Of a stretch of 18,290 nucleotides of DNA, positions 7,527 to 15,450 are shown one piece after another. Numbering within the stretch: the stretch's first letter is position 1; each line of letters opens with the position of its first letter. Both the position numbers and the translations under genes were made by a program. The DNA is from Candidatus Heimdallarchaeota archaeon (GTDB lineage Archaea; Asgardarchaeota; Heimdallarchaeia; Heimdallarchaeales; Heimdallarchaeaceae). Below the pieces are notes generated by a model. It saw only the letters and a program-made list of their open reading frames with translations, made no database searches and was not told the origin of the DNA. The stretch is from positions 1 through 18,290 of the forward strand of contig DAOVET010000047.1 in assembly GCA_030668825.1 (NCBI GenBank), read 5' to 3'.

Positions 7527-8795
7527 ATGACTAGCTTCACACTTATTGAAAAAATCATTAGAAATTGTACAGATGTTTCAGATAGTGAGATCTATCCAAA
7601 CAACATAGTATGGGTTAATCTTGATTTGGTTACGGCAAGAGATTATGCAGGACCTCAAGTCATAGATCTATTTCAAAAAAATTATACTGGTTCTAGAACA
7701 TTTAACAATGAAAAAATTATCTTTACTCCAGACTGTTATCCTTATGGCAATGATCCAAAGCATGCTAAAGATCAAGAAAAAATTCGTGTATTTGCCAAAG
7801 AACATGGAATCAAGGTTACTGATCTCGGATCAGGTATAGGTTCTCATCTATTGTTTCGAAGAGGTTTTTCAAAACCAGGAGATGTAGTTATTGGAGCTGA
7901 TAGTCATTATAATATTCTTGGAGCTTTAGGAATCTTAGGTCAAGGAGCAGGAGATGTCATGCTTGCTTTTGCCTTTAAAACAGGAAAATCATGGACAAAA
8001 ATTCCTGAAACTGTAAAAGTTATCTTAAAGGGAGATTATGAGTGGCCAACAACAGCAAAAGATTTAGCTCTTTATGTTCTTAAAGAACTTCATGAATATG
8101 GAATTACAGGGAAAGCTGTCGAATTCTATGGTGAAATTATTGACAAGTTATCAATTGAAGAAAGAGTGACTTTATGTTCTCTGATTACAGAAGCTTCAGG
8201 CGTTATTGGGTTTGTACCTGCTGATAAAATTACAGCTGATTATTACTCCGAGAGTGGAATCGAGATAGAAATGTTATCAGCCGATGAAGATGCAAGATAT
8301 GTCTCAGAATTAGTCTTAGATATTCAAGATTTAGGCCAATACATTGCATGTCCTCCACATCCACATAATGTCAAAAAAATTGAGGAAGTAATTGGTACTC
8401 CTATAAATTCTATTGTTATTGGTTCTTGTACAAATGGAAGTGCAGCAGATATTCATGATGCAGCAAAGATACTGAAGGGGCACAAAATCAATCCAAATGT
8501 GAGATTTGGAATAGTTCCTGCTACTAGGGAGGATTTTGTTTCAATCAATCTAAATGGTGATATGACAATAATTCTAGAAGCTGGTGGAAACTTTTTTGGT
8601 GCAGGCTGTTCAACCTGCGCGAATGGACAATATGGCTTAACTGGAGGGAAAACAGCTGTAACCCTAACAACAGGAAACAGAAACACTCAAGGCAAAATTG
8701 GTCCCGCGGATGTCTATTTAGCTAGTCCTGTTGTAGCAGCAGTTACAGCAATTAAAGGCAAAATTGCTTTACCTAAAGAGGTGATTAAGGAATGA
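7527..8795 (+). CDS. Aconitase-family (LeuC/HacA-type) large subunit with non-canonical active site
   Basis: GADSH, GSCTNG and GCSTC (three cluster Cys), TGNRN, YLASP. Start uncertain (TTG 7509, GTG 7512 or ATG 7527). Confidence 0.9.
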   Translation: MTSFTLIEKIIRNCTDVSDSEIYPNNIVWVNLDLVTARDYAGPQVIDLFQKNYTGSRTFNNEKIIFTPDCYPYGNDPKHAKDQEKIRVFAKEHGIKVTDLGSGIGSHLLFRRGFSKPGDVVIGADSHYNILGALGILGQGAGDVMLAFAFKTGKSWTKIPETVKVILKGDYEWPTTAKDLALYVLKELHEYGITGKAVEFYGEIIDKLSIEERVTLCSLITEASGVIGFVPADKITADYYSESGIEIEMLSADEDARYVSELVLDIQDLGQYIACPPHPHNVKKIEEVIGTPINSIVIGSCTNGSAADIHDAAKILKGHKINPNVRFGIVPATREDFVSINLNGDMTIILEAGGNFFGAGCSTCANGQYGLTGGKTAVTLTTGNRNTQGKIGPADVYLASPVVAAVTAIKGKIALPKEVIKE

Positions 8796-9298
8796 GTAAA
8801 GAAACAATCAAAGCTAAAGCAAAACTAGTCATAGTAGATGACGTTGATACTGATCAAATATTTCATCAATCCTTATTAACAATTCATGATCCCATTGAAA
8901 TAAAACCACATATTTTCGGTAATCTTGAAGGGTATAAGAGTTTTGGAAATGAAGACAATGTTGGGAAAATACTGTTGGTAGGCAAAAACTTCGGTAAAGG
9001 ATCAACAAGACAACAAGCTGTAACAGGATTTCTAGCTCATGAAATCAAAGCAATAATTGGTGAATCTTTTGGACCAATTTATTACAGTAATGCTGTAAAT
9101 TCAGGTTTACTCCTTGTAGAAGCACCTGGAATATCTGAATTCAAGGTTAAAGATGATGATAATCTAGAAATAGACATAACTCAATCAGTTATTATCAATC
9201 AGAATAATGGTGAGAGCATTAAATATGCTAAAATACCTCAACCAGTATGGGATATAATAAAAGCTGGTGGCCTTCTAAAACTTGGAGAAATAATGTAA
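8792..9298 (+). CDS. Aconitase-family (LeuD/HacB-type) small subunit, divergent
   Basis: DVDTDQI, GKNFGKGSTR, ESFGPIYYSNAVNSG, IIKAGGL; ATGA overlap with the large subunit. Confidence 0.9.
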   Translation: MSKETIKAKAKLVIVDDVDTDQIFHQSLLTIHDPIEIKPHIFGNLEGYKSFGNEDNVGKILLVGKNFGKGSTRQQAVTGFLAHEIKAIIGESFGPIYYSNAVNSGLLLVEAPGISEFKVKDDDNLEIDITQSVIINQNNGESIKYAKIPQPVWDIIKAGGLLKLGEIM

Positions 9299-9310
9299 AA
9301 AGTGGGAAAT

Positions 9311-11161
9311 ATGAGCAGGAAAACATTTTCAGAAAAACTTTTTTCGTTTAAGTCAAATATAGATGTGAAAGCTGGTGATATTGTTTATGCAGAACCTGAT
9401 TTAATTCTGTCACACGACAATTCAGCATCAATAGAAAAAACTTTTCAAAAAATGGGTGGAACAAAAATCAAATTCCCTGAACGTCTTGTAATTGTCTTGG
9501 ATCATGATTCCCCTCCAACGAGTGCCAAGATAGCAAATGATCACAAAAGTATAAGAGAATTAGTTAAAAGGCAGAATATCACTAATTTCTATGATGAGGG
9601 GAAGGGAATCTGCCACCAATTGATGTCCAACCATGCTTCACCTAATATGCTCATTGTTGGGTCAGATTCTCATACATGCACAAGTGGTGCATTTGCTACA
9701 TTTGCAGCAGGAATTGATAGAACAGAAACAGCAGGATTGTGGTTAACAGGAAAGACTTGGTTTAGAGTACCTGAAACAATTAAAATTGTGCTAAATGGAA
9801 AATTACCTTTGGGTGTTTATGCAAAGGATATTGCTTTATGGCTAATGAATAAATTAGGCGCCGCTGGAGCGACTTATTATGCGATTGAGTTTCATGGAAG
9901 GGGTGTAGAAACTTTATCTATATCTGAAAGAATGACACTAGCAAACCTAGCTTCAGAGATGGGTGCTAAAACAGCTATTTTTCCACCTGACAAAGTCTTA
10001 ATCAATTGGTTAAAAGAAAAACATTGTTCATCAGGAAGTCCACAAGAAAAACTATTCTGGTCAGACAAAGATGCAATTTTTAGCAGAGAAATCATTCTAG
10101 ATTTAAGCAAATTGGAACCTTTAGTTGCAGTTCCACACCAAGTAGATAATACACAGTTTGCCAAAAAACTGGAAGGAACCCCTATTCATCAAGCTTTTCT
10201 GGGAACTTGTACAAATGCCCGATTAGACGATTTAGAGATTGCTGCAAAAATAATCAAAGATAAAAAAGTGAAAGATGATGTAATATTTCTTGTAGCTCCA
10301 GCTTCTAATAAAATCTATCTTGAAGCATTAGAGAAGGGGGTTATTCAAACACTTGTTAAGGCAGGTGCAACAATACTTTCATGCAGTTGTGGTCCTTGCT
10401 TAGGCAAAGGACAAGGAATACCAGCAGACAATTGGAATGTTTTATCTACTGCAAACAGGAATTTTCTGGGAAGAATGGGAAATAAAAATGCACGTATATT
10501 TTTAGCATCTCCAGCTACTATAACAGCTTCTGCAATTGAAGGAAGGATTACAGATCCCAGAAAACATCTATCATCTAGAGCCTTAAGAGAAGAAACTGAA
10601 ATAGTGCTACAATATAGAGATGTAGAAACTAAAACCCTTGAAATAGACTCAAAAGACGATAGATTCAGCATGAATGTTTGGGATTACAGTGATGTTGATG
10701 ATTTCAATACAGATCAGATGTTTGCTGGAGGTCTTACCTACGATATTAAGTCTTCAGAGGGAGATAAAATAGTACCACATCTGTTCAAAGGTTTAGATGA
10801 AACATTTGCAGCTAGAGTTAAGGAGGGCGATATTATAATGGGTGGAGAAAATTTTGGATGTGGTTCATCAAGAGAACATCCAGCTGTTGGACTTGCAGCT
10901 GCAGGTGTGAAAGCTGTTATTGTAAAATCAGTATCTCGGATCTTTTATAGATCTGCAATTAACCAAGGATTACCAATCATTGTACATCAAGAGCTTATTG
11001 GTAAATTTGATAAAAAACAGCAAACAATAATTGACTTGGAAAAAGGTCAAATTACAAATGGAAGTCAAGTTTATTCTTTCCCAAAACTACCAAGCGAATT
11101 ATTAGAAATATTCACAGCTGGAGGACTTATCAAATATTATCAAAAACAATATTCAAACTAG
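9311..11161 (+). CDS. Fused large+small subunit aconitase/homoaconitase/isopropylmalate dehydratase family protein
   Basis: SHDN, LDH, GICHQ, GSDSHT, GTCTNAR, SCGPC, STANRNFLGRMG, then a LeuD domain (NTDQ, GENFGCGSSREH, RIFYRSAINQG, AGGL) in the same frame. Start GTG 9302 or ATG 9311. Confidence 0.93.
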   Translation: MSRKTFSEKLFSFKSNIDVKAGDIVYAEPDLILSHDNSASIEKTFQKMGGTKIKFPERLVIVLDHDSPPTSAKIANDHKSIRELVKRQNITNFYDEGKGICHQLMSNHASPNMLIVGSDSHTCTSGAFATFAAGIDRTETAGLWLTGKTWFRVPETIKIVLNGKLPLGVYAKDIALWLMNKLGAAGATYYAIEFHGRGVETLSISERMTLANLASEMGAKTAIFPPDKVLINWLKEKHCSSGSPQEKLFWSDKDAIFSREIILDLSKLEPLVAVPHQVDNTQFAKKLEGTPIHQAFLGTCTNARLDDLEIAAKIIKDKKVKDDVIFLVAPASNKIYLEALEKGVIQTLVKAGATILSCSCGPCLGKGQGIPADNWNVLSTANRNFLGRMGNKNARIFLASPATITASAIEGRITDPRKHLSSRALREETEIVLQYRDVETKTLEIDSKDDRFSMNVWDYSDVDDFNTDQMFAGGLTYDIKSSEGDKIVPHLFKGLDETFAARVKEGDIIMGGENFGCGSSREHPAVGLAAAGVKAVIVKSVSRIFYRSAINQGLPIIVHQELIGKFDKKQQTIIDLEKGQITNGSQVYSFPKLPSELLEIFTAGGLIKYYQKQYSN

Positions 11162-11171
11162 AGGGATAAAA

Positions 11172-12488
11172 ATGAGATTATATGAATATGAGGCAAAGCA
11201 GATTTTTGAGCAGTTTAACCTTAAAATTCCTAAACAAATAGCAATAATAGAAAGTGTTGAAGATTTAGTGGATATTTCTTTAGAATTTCCAATTATGGTT
11301 AAGGCCATGGTTTTGGTTGGAGGAAGGGGAAAAGCAGGAGGAATAAAGAAAGCTGAAACTATTGAGGAAACAGAGAGCATCATAAAGGAGATGTTGGGCT
11401 TAACAATTCATGGTTATCCCATAAAGAAAATTTTACTTGAGGAAGCTGTTGATATTGCTAGTGAAATCTACTTGTCCATAACCACCGACCCTGCAACTTT
11501 TGATATAGTATTGGTGACATCTGCAAGTGGTGGTGTTGATATTGAAGAAGTTGCCCAAACTAAACCAGATGAAATATGGAAGAAAGTACTAAGAAATAAT
11601 GATAAATCTTTGAATGCTGAAATAGGAAAAAAAGCTGCTGATTTTCTAGTAGACAAAAATCAAAATCTTCAACTAGTGAGAGAAAAACTTCAACAAACTA
11701 TTGAATCTCTCTATTTGGCTTTTCAGGATGCTGAAGCAAAAATTTGTGAAATAAACCCTCTAATTGTAACAAAGAACGGAGATATAATTGCTGCTGATGC
11801 GAAATTTGTACTTGATGATAATAGTTTGTACAGACAAACATCTTTGCTGAAATCAATTGGAATAGATCCTGGAAGTAAAAGGCATGATGTTTCAGAGCAA
11901 ACAGCTTTTGAAGCAAAAGCATATCAAATCGGCTTTCCGTTTATTGATTTACTCGAAAATCCAGAGAATTTTGTGAAAGATGAAGAGAAACTGTATGTAG
12001 GTCTTGTTCCAGGAGGAGCAGGGTACGGAATTTTTTCTGTAGATGAAATTGTTAATGTTGGAAACCGATATTTCAATGGTAAAGCAATTCCCATAAATTT
12101 CATGGATAGTGGTGGCGGTCCTTCAATAAGCAAGGTTGCAGATATGTTTCACCTTCTAATGGATCATCCCGCAACAGATCTAATCATAACTAGTCGTTTT
12201 GGAGGGATATCTAGTTGTGATGTCTTCATTCAAGGATTGGTTATGTCATTAAGAGATAGATTCATTGCTAAGAAAAGAATGATACCGATTTTCGGTCGAA
12301 TGGTTGGAACTGATTTAGCAGCTGCAAAAGCTTTTCTTGAGAAAGCTAAGCTAGAAACTCCAGAACCATTAATAGACCTACACATTGTTGTTGGAAATCA
12401 AAAGATAATGGCGGATGTCATTAAAGATGGAATTGAATATGGGTTTAAAGTGAAAAAACAAAGTGAGAACATTGAGGGTATTAAATGA
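11172..12488 (+). CDS. ATP-grasp acyl-CoA synthetase beta subunit (SucC/citryl-CoA-synthetase-like), partner of the downstream lyase fusion
   Basis: MRLYEYEAK, VKA..LVGGRGKAGGI, GGVDIEE, EINPL, DAKF..DDN, GGAG, NFMDSGGG and FGGI motifs. Confidence 0.88.
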   Translation: MRLYEYEAKQIFEQFNLKIPKQIAIIESVEDLVDISLEFPIMVKAMVLVGGRGKAGGIKKAETIEETESIIKEMLGLTIHGYPIKKILLEEAVDIASEIYLSITTDPATFDIVLVTSASGGVDIEEVAQTKPDEIWKKVLRNNDKSLNAEIGKKAADFLVDKNQNLQLVREKLQQTIESLYLAFQDAEAKICEINPLIVTKNGDIIAADAKFVLDDNSLYRQTSLLKSIGIDPGSKRHDVSEQTAFEAKAYQIGFPFIDLLENPENFVKDEEKLYVGLVPGGAGYGIFSVDEIVNVGNRYFNGKAIPINFMDSGGGPSISKVADMFHLLMDHPATDLIITSRFGGISSCDVFIQGLVMSLRDRFIAKKRMIPIFGRMVGTDLAAAKAFLEKAKLETPEPLIDLHIVVGNQKIMADVIKDGIEYGFKVKKQSENIEGIK

Positions 12489-14626
12489 CAACTGACAAAT
12501 TAGCTGTGGATCAAGGACTTCTTTATTATCTCATTAAACACATCCATCCAGAACTCGCTCAGAAAATATCCAAAAAGAAAACAATCGAAACAATGATTGT
12601 TGGATTAGGAAGACAGGGAACTCGACATGCACAACTTATGATGGAATATGGAACCAACGTTACATGTGGAGTAGCACCAGGCAAAGGTGGTACATTTGTT
12701 CATGAAACTATTCCTGTTTATGAATCTGCAGAGATAGCAAAACAAAAACACCCTGATATTGCTGTAGCAAGTATATGGAAGCATTATTCTTCTGCTAAAG
12801 ATGCAACAATTGAAGTTATTAAATCTGGAATTCCTATTGTTGTTCTAATTTCAGAATTTATTCCACTTAAGGATGTAAGAGACATTCTAGTTGAAGCTAG
12901 AAAACATAAAACAATCTTATTTGGTGGTAACACACCAGGAATAATATTTCCTCCCGAAGGAATAAAAGTGGGTATGCTTCCAGATATTTTTCAAGCGCAG
13001 AAAACTGATAATAAAGTTGGTCCCAAAGGTGTAACAATTTTATCACGAAGTGGAGCTATTCTATATCATTTATCTGATGCACTAGCTAGTGCAGGAATTG
13101 CTCAAAATGGAGTATTGGGGGTAGGAGGAGATGGAGCTATTGGTTCTCGTTTTGTAGACCTTGTATCAAGAATAATGCAATACGAGCACACAGATTTAGT
13201 TGTTATCGCTGGTGAAATTGGTGGAATGCAGGAAGAATTGCTAGCTCAAGATATGAAAGCAAATCCAGAAAAATATCCAAAACCTCTAGTAGCATTAATA
13301 TCAGGAGCCAATGCCCCCGAAGGAAAAACCATGGGGCATGCAGGAGCTGTAATTTCTCCTGGGCAAAGTTATGGTACTTATCAAACAAAGAAGGAATCCT
13401 TGGAAAAAGTAGGAGTAATAGTGGTGAACCATCAAAGAGATTTAATAGATGCTGTAAGCTCAAAATTAAATCGAACATATTTTGATATTGAGGAATATTA
13501 CTCAAAAATGCGTAAAAAATGGGATGCTAAACCACCAGTGAAGACTTGGGGGACTTTAGTAACTAATGTAATGCCAAATAATCTGATAATCCGAGGATAT
13601 CCTCTACAAGAAATTATAGCAAAGAAAGGATTTCTAGAAACGTCATATTTACTCATTAAAGGAGAATTCCCAGAAGAAGCTCAACTTAAAGAAATTGAGG
13701 ATACTGCAAAAAAAGCAATAAAACAAGAATTCACAGAGCTTAAATCGATTACCATAAGTTCAGACATATCTAAAACCCTTGGAACTTTGATGTTGGTCGA
13801 TAATAAGCTTGCAGATTTTGTAAGACTGAATTCTGAAGAAACAAAAATTGCAGCTTATACATTGGGAAGAGTCTTGAAGTATTTTGCATATATTTTAGGC
13901 AATTTAAATCAGCTTGAATCTTCTTCAGTTTCCGAAACATCATTCTCAGAGATGATGTATCTAGGATTGGTCAAAGAAAAAAAACCAGACACACTTAAAG
14001 TTAAACTGCTAGAAGCAATGATTACTGCTTGTGTAGATCACGGGATCACACCACCATCTGCTCAAGCAACAATAATCTTAGCGTCGACTAGAGCTAATTA
14101 TGAAGTAGCTGTAGCTGGTGGTTTACAAGCAATCACAGATGTTCATGGTGGTGCAGGACAAAGGGCAGCTAAATTCTTCTTATCAGTTGTTGAAAAAGCT
14201 GAAAAAGAAAAATTGGATCTCGATGAATCCACCTTCAATTTAATACGTGAAACAATCAAAACCGGTAAAAGAATTGAAGGTTTAGGTCACCGTATTCATA
14301 CACAAGATCCTAGAAGAGATGCGTTATGGGAACTTGCAGAAGATGCAGGATATGCAAGAAGTTGTGTTGATGTTTCAAAAATGATTAGTAATACCTTCCA
14401 CCGCGTGCGAGGAATGAACCTCCCAATTAACGTAGATGGTGTTATTGCGGCTATTACAGCTGACATGGGATTAGACCCAAAACTTGCAAAAGTCATTTTT
14501 GTATTTGGAAGAACAGCAGGACTGGCCGCACATTATTTTGAGGAAATTAATACTCAACCTCAGATGAGAAGGATTGCGTTTGATAAAGCTACTTACAAAG
14601 GACCACCAATTAGAGAAATCAAATAG
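12485..14626 (+). CDS. SucD-like CoA-ligase alpha subunit fused to a citryl-CoA lyase/citrate synthase domain (ATP-citrate-lyase alpha-like architecture)
   Basis: GVAPGKGG, GNTPG, SRSG, GVGGD, GEIGG and GKTMGHAGA (phospho-His). From about aa 355: W.T..IRGYP, DHGITPPS, HGGAG, GLGHRIH..DPR, PINVDG, GR.AG..AH. ATGA overlap with the beta subunit. Confidence 0.92.
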   Translation: MTTDKLAVDQGLLYYLIKHIHPELAQKISKKKTIETMIVGLGRQGTRHAQLMMEYGTNVTCGVAPGKGGTFVHETIPVYESAEIAKQKHPDIAVASIWKHYSSAKDATIEVIKSGIPIVVLISEFIPLKDVRDILVEARKHKTILFGGNTPGIIFPPEGIKVGMLPDIFQAQKTDNKVGPKGVTILSRSGAILYHLSDALASAGIAQNGVLGVGGDGAIGSRFVDLVSRIMQYEHTDLVVIAGEIGGMQEELLAQDMKANPEKYPKPLVALISGANAPEGKTMGHAGAVISPGQSYGTYQTKKESLEKVGVIVVNHQRDLIDAVSSKLNRTYFDIEEYYSKMRKKWDAKPPVKTWGTLVTNVMPNNLIIRGYPLQEIIAKKGFLETSYLLIKGEFPEEAQLKEIEDTAKKAIKQEFTELKSITISSDISKTLGTLMLVDNKLADFVRLNSEETKIAAYTLGRVLKYFAYILGNLNQLESSSVSETSFSEMMYLGLVKEKKPDTLKVKLLEAMITACVDHGITPPSAQATIILASTRANYEVAVAGGLQAITDVHGGAGQRAAKFFLSVVEKAEKEKLDLDESTFNLIRETIKTGKRIEGLGHRIHTQDPRRDALWELAEDAGYARSCVDVSKMISNTFHRVRGMNLPINVDGVIAAITADMGLDPKLAKVIFVFGRTAGLAAHYFEEINTQPQMRRIAFDKATYKGPPIREIK

Positions 14627-14646
14627 GATGTTGATTGGAGAAAAGA

Positions 14647-15450
14647 ATGAAGGATCTAGCATTTGAGATAATTGGAGATATATTGATTATCAGAGATGAT
14701 TCCGATGAAAATTCTTTGAAAAGCTTTGCAGAAGAAAAAATCCAAAAGCACTCTTTTATTAAAACAGTATTACTTCAAACCTCCAAAATCCACGGACAAG
14801 AGCGAAAAAGAAAGCTCAGGTATGTTATGGGGAAAAACAAATCAGAAACAATTCACAAAGAACACGGAAATTCATTCTTAGTAGATCTATTTGAAGTATT
14901 TTTCTCTCCTCGCTTGAGTTACGAAAGACAACGAATTAGTAATTTAATTGGAGAAAATGAGATAATTCTAAATTTCTTTTCAGGAGTTGGTCCGTTTAGT
15001 ATAGCTTTAGCATCGAAATGCAATTCATGTGTTGTTCATAGTATTGAGATAAACAAAACAGCATATGATTATCTTCTCAAAAATATTGAACTAAACAAAT
15101 GTCAGGAAAAAGTTATTCCTTATTTCGGAGACGCTTTTGAGATTGTTCCAAAAATGTTTATCAACAGTGTAAATAGGGTTTTGCTTCCTTTACCTCTAGA
15201 TTCAGACAAAGCCCTTCCAATAGCTTATCAAACTTTGAAAGAAGGAAGAGGAGTTATTCATTGGCAAATTACAGAAAGAATAAGCTCAAAAGAGTTAAGG
15301 GAAGAAATAATTATTGACAGAATTAATAGCATCTCCTATTCGTACAATTTTTCTATGAATTATACAATTACAGATATAAGATTGATTAGATGGTTAGGTC
15401 CCAAAATAGCACATATTGCAGTAGATTTAAGTTTCAAAGCTCCTGAATAG
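14647..15450 (+). CDS. Trm5/Tyw2 (Met-10+) family class I SAM-dependent tRNA methyltransferase
   Basis: FEIIGDI, TIHKEHG, FFSPRLSYERQRI, FSGVGPFSI, EIN..AY.YL.KNIELNK, GDA, RVLLPLP. ATG 14647 or TTG 14635. Confidence 0.88.
   Translation: MKDLAFEIIGDILIIRDDSDENSLKSFAEEKIQKHSFIKTVLLQTSKIHGQERKRKLRYVMGKNKSETIHKEHGNSFLVDLFEVFFSPRLSYERQRISNLIGENEIILNFFSGVGPFSIALASKCNSCVVHSIEINKTAYDYLLKNIELNKCQEKVIPYFGDAFEIVPKMFINSVNRVLLPLPLDSDKALPIAYQTLKEGRGVIHWQITERISSKELREEIIIDRINSISYSYNFSMNYTITDIRLIRWLGPKIAHIAVDLSFKAPE

Noticed and set aside
6283-11161. Calling these genes leuB, leuC and leuD (leucine biosynthesis)
   Set aside because: No leuA in the cluster; the dehydrogenase lacks the IPMDH RPE and HGSAPDI motifs; the large subunits lack the LeuC HEVTS motif.
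10670-11161. Separate LeuD gene starting at the internal ATG (MNVWDY)
   Set aside because: It is in frame with the upstream large-subunit domain with no intervening stop or clear SD motif, so it is treated as a fusion.
11172-14626. Calling these genes plain sucC/sucD or canonical aclB/aclA
   Set aside because: The alpha subunit carries a lyase domain that SucD lacks, and the beta subunit lacks the ACL IANFT and NYGEYSG motifs. Gene symbols withheld.
4135-14662. Numerous 60-116 aa minus-strand ORFs inside eif2g, PIN and the metabolic cluster
   Set aside because: All lie antisense to well-supported genes and show typical shadow-ORF composition.
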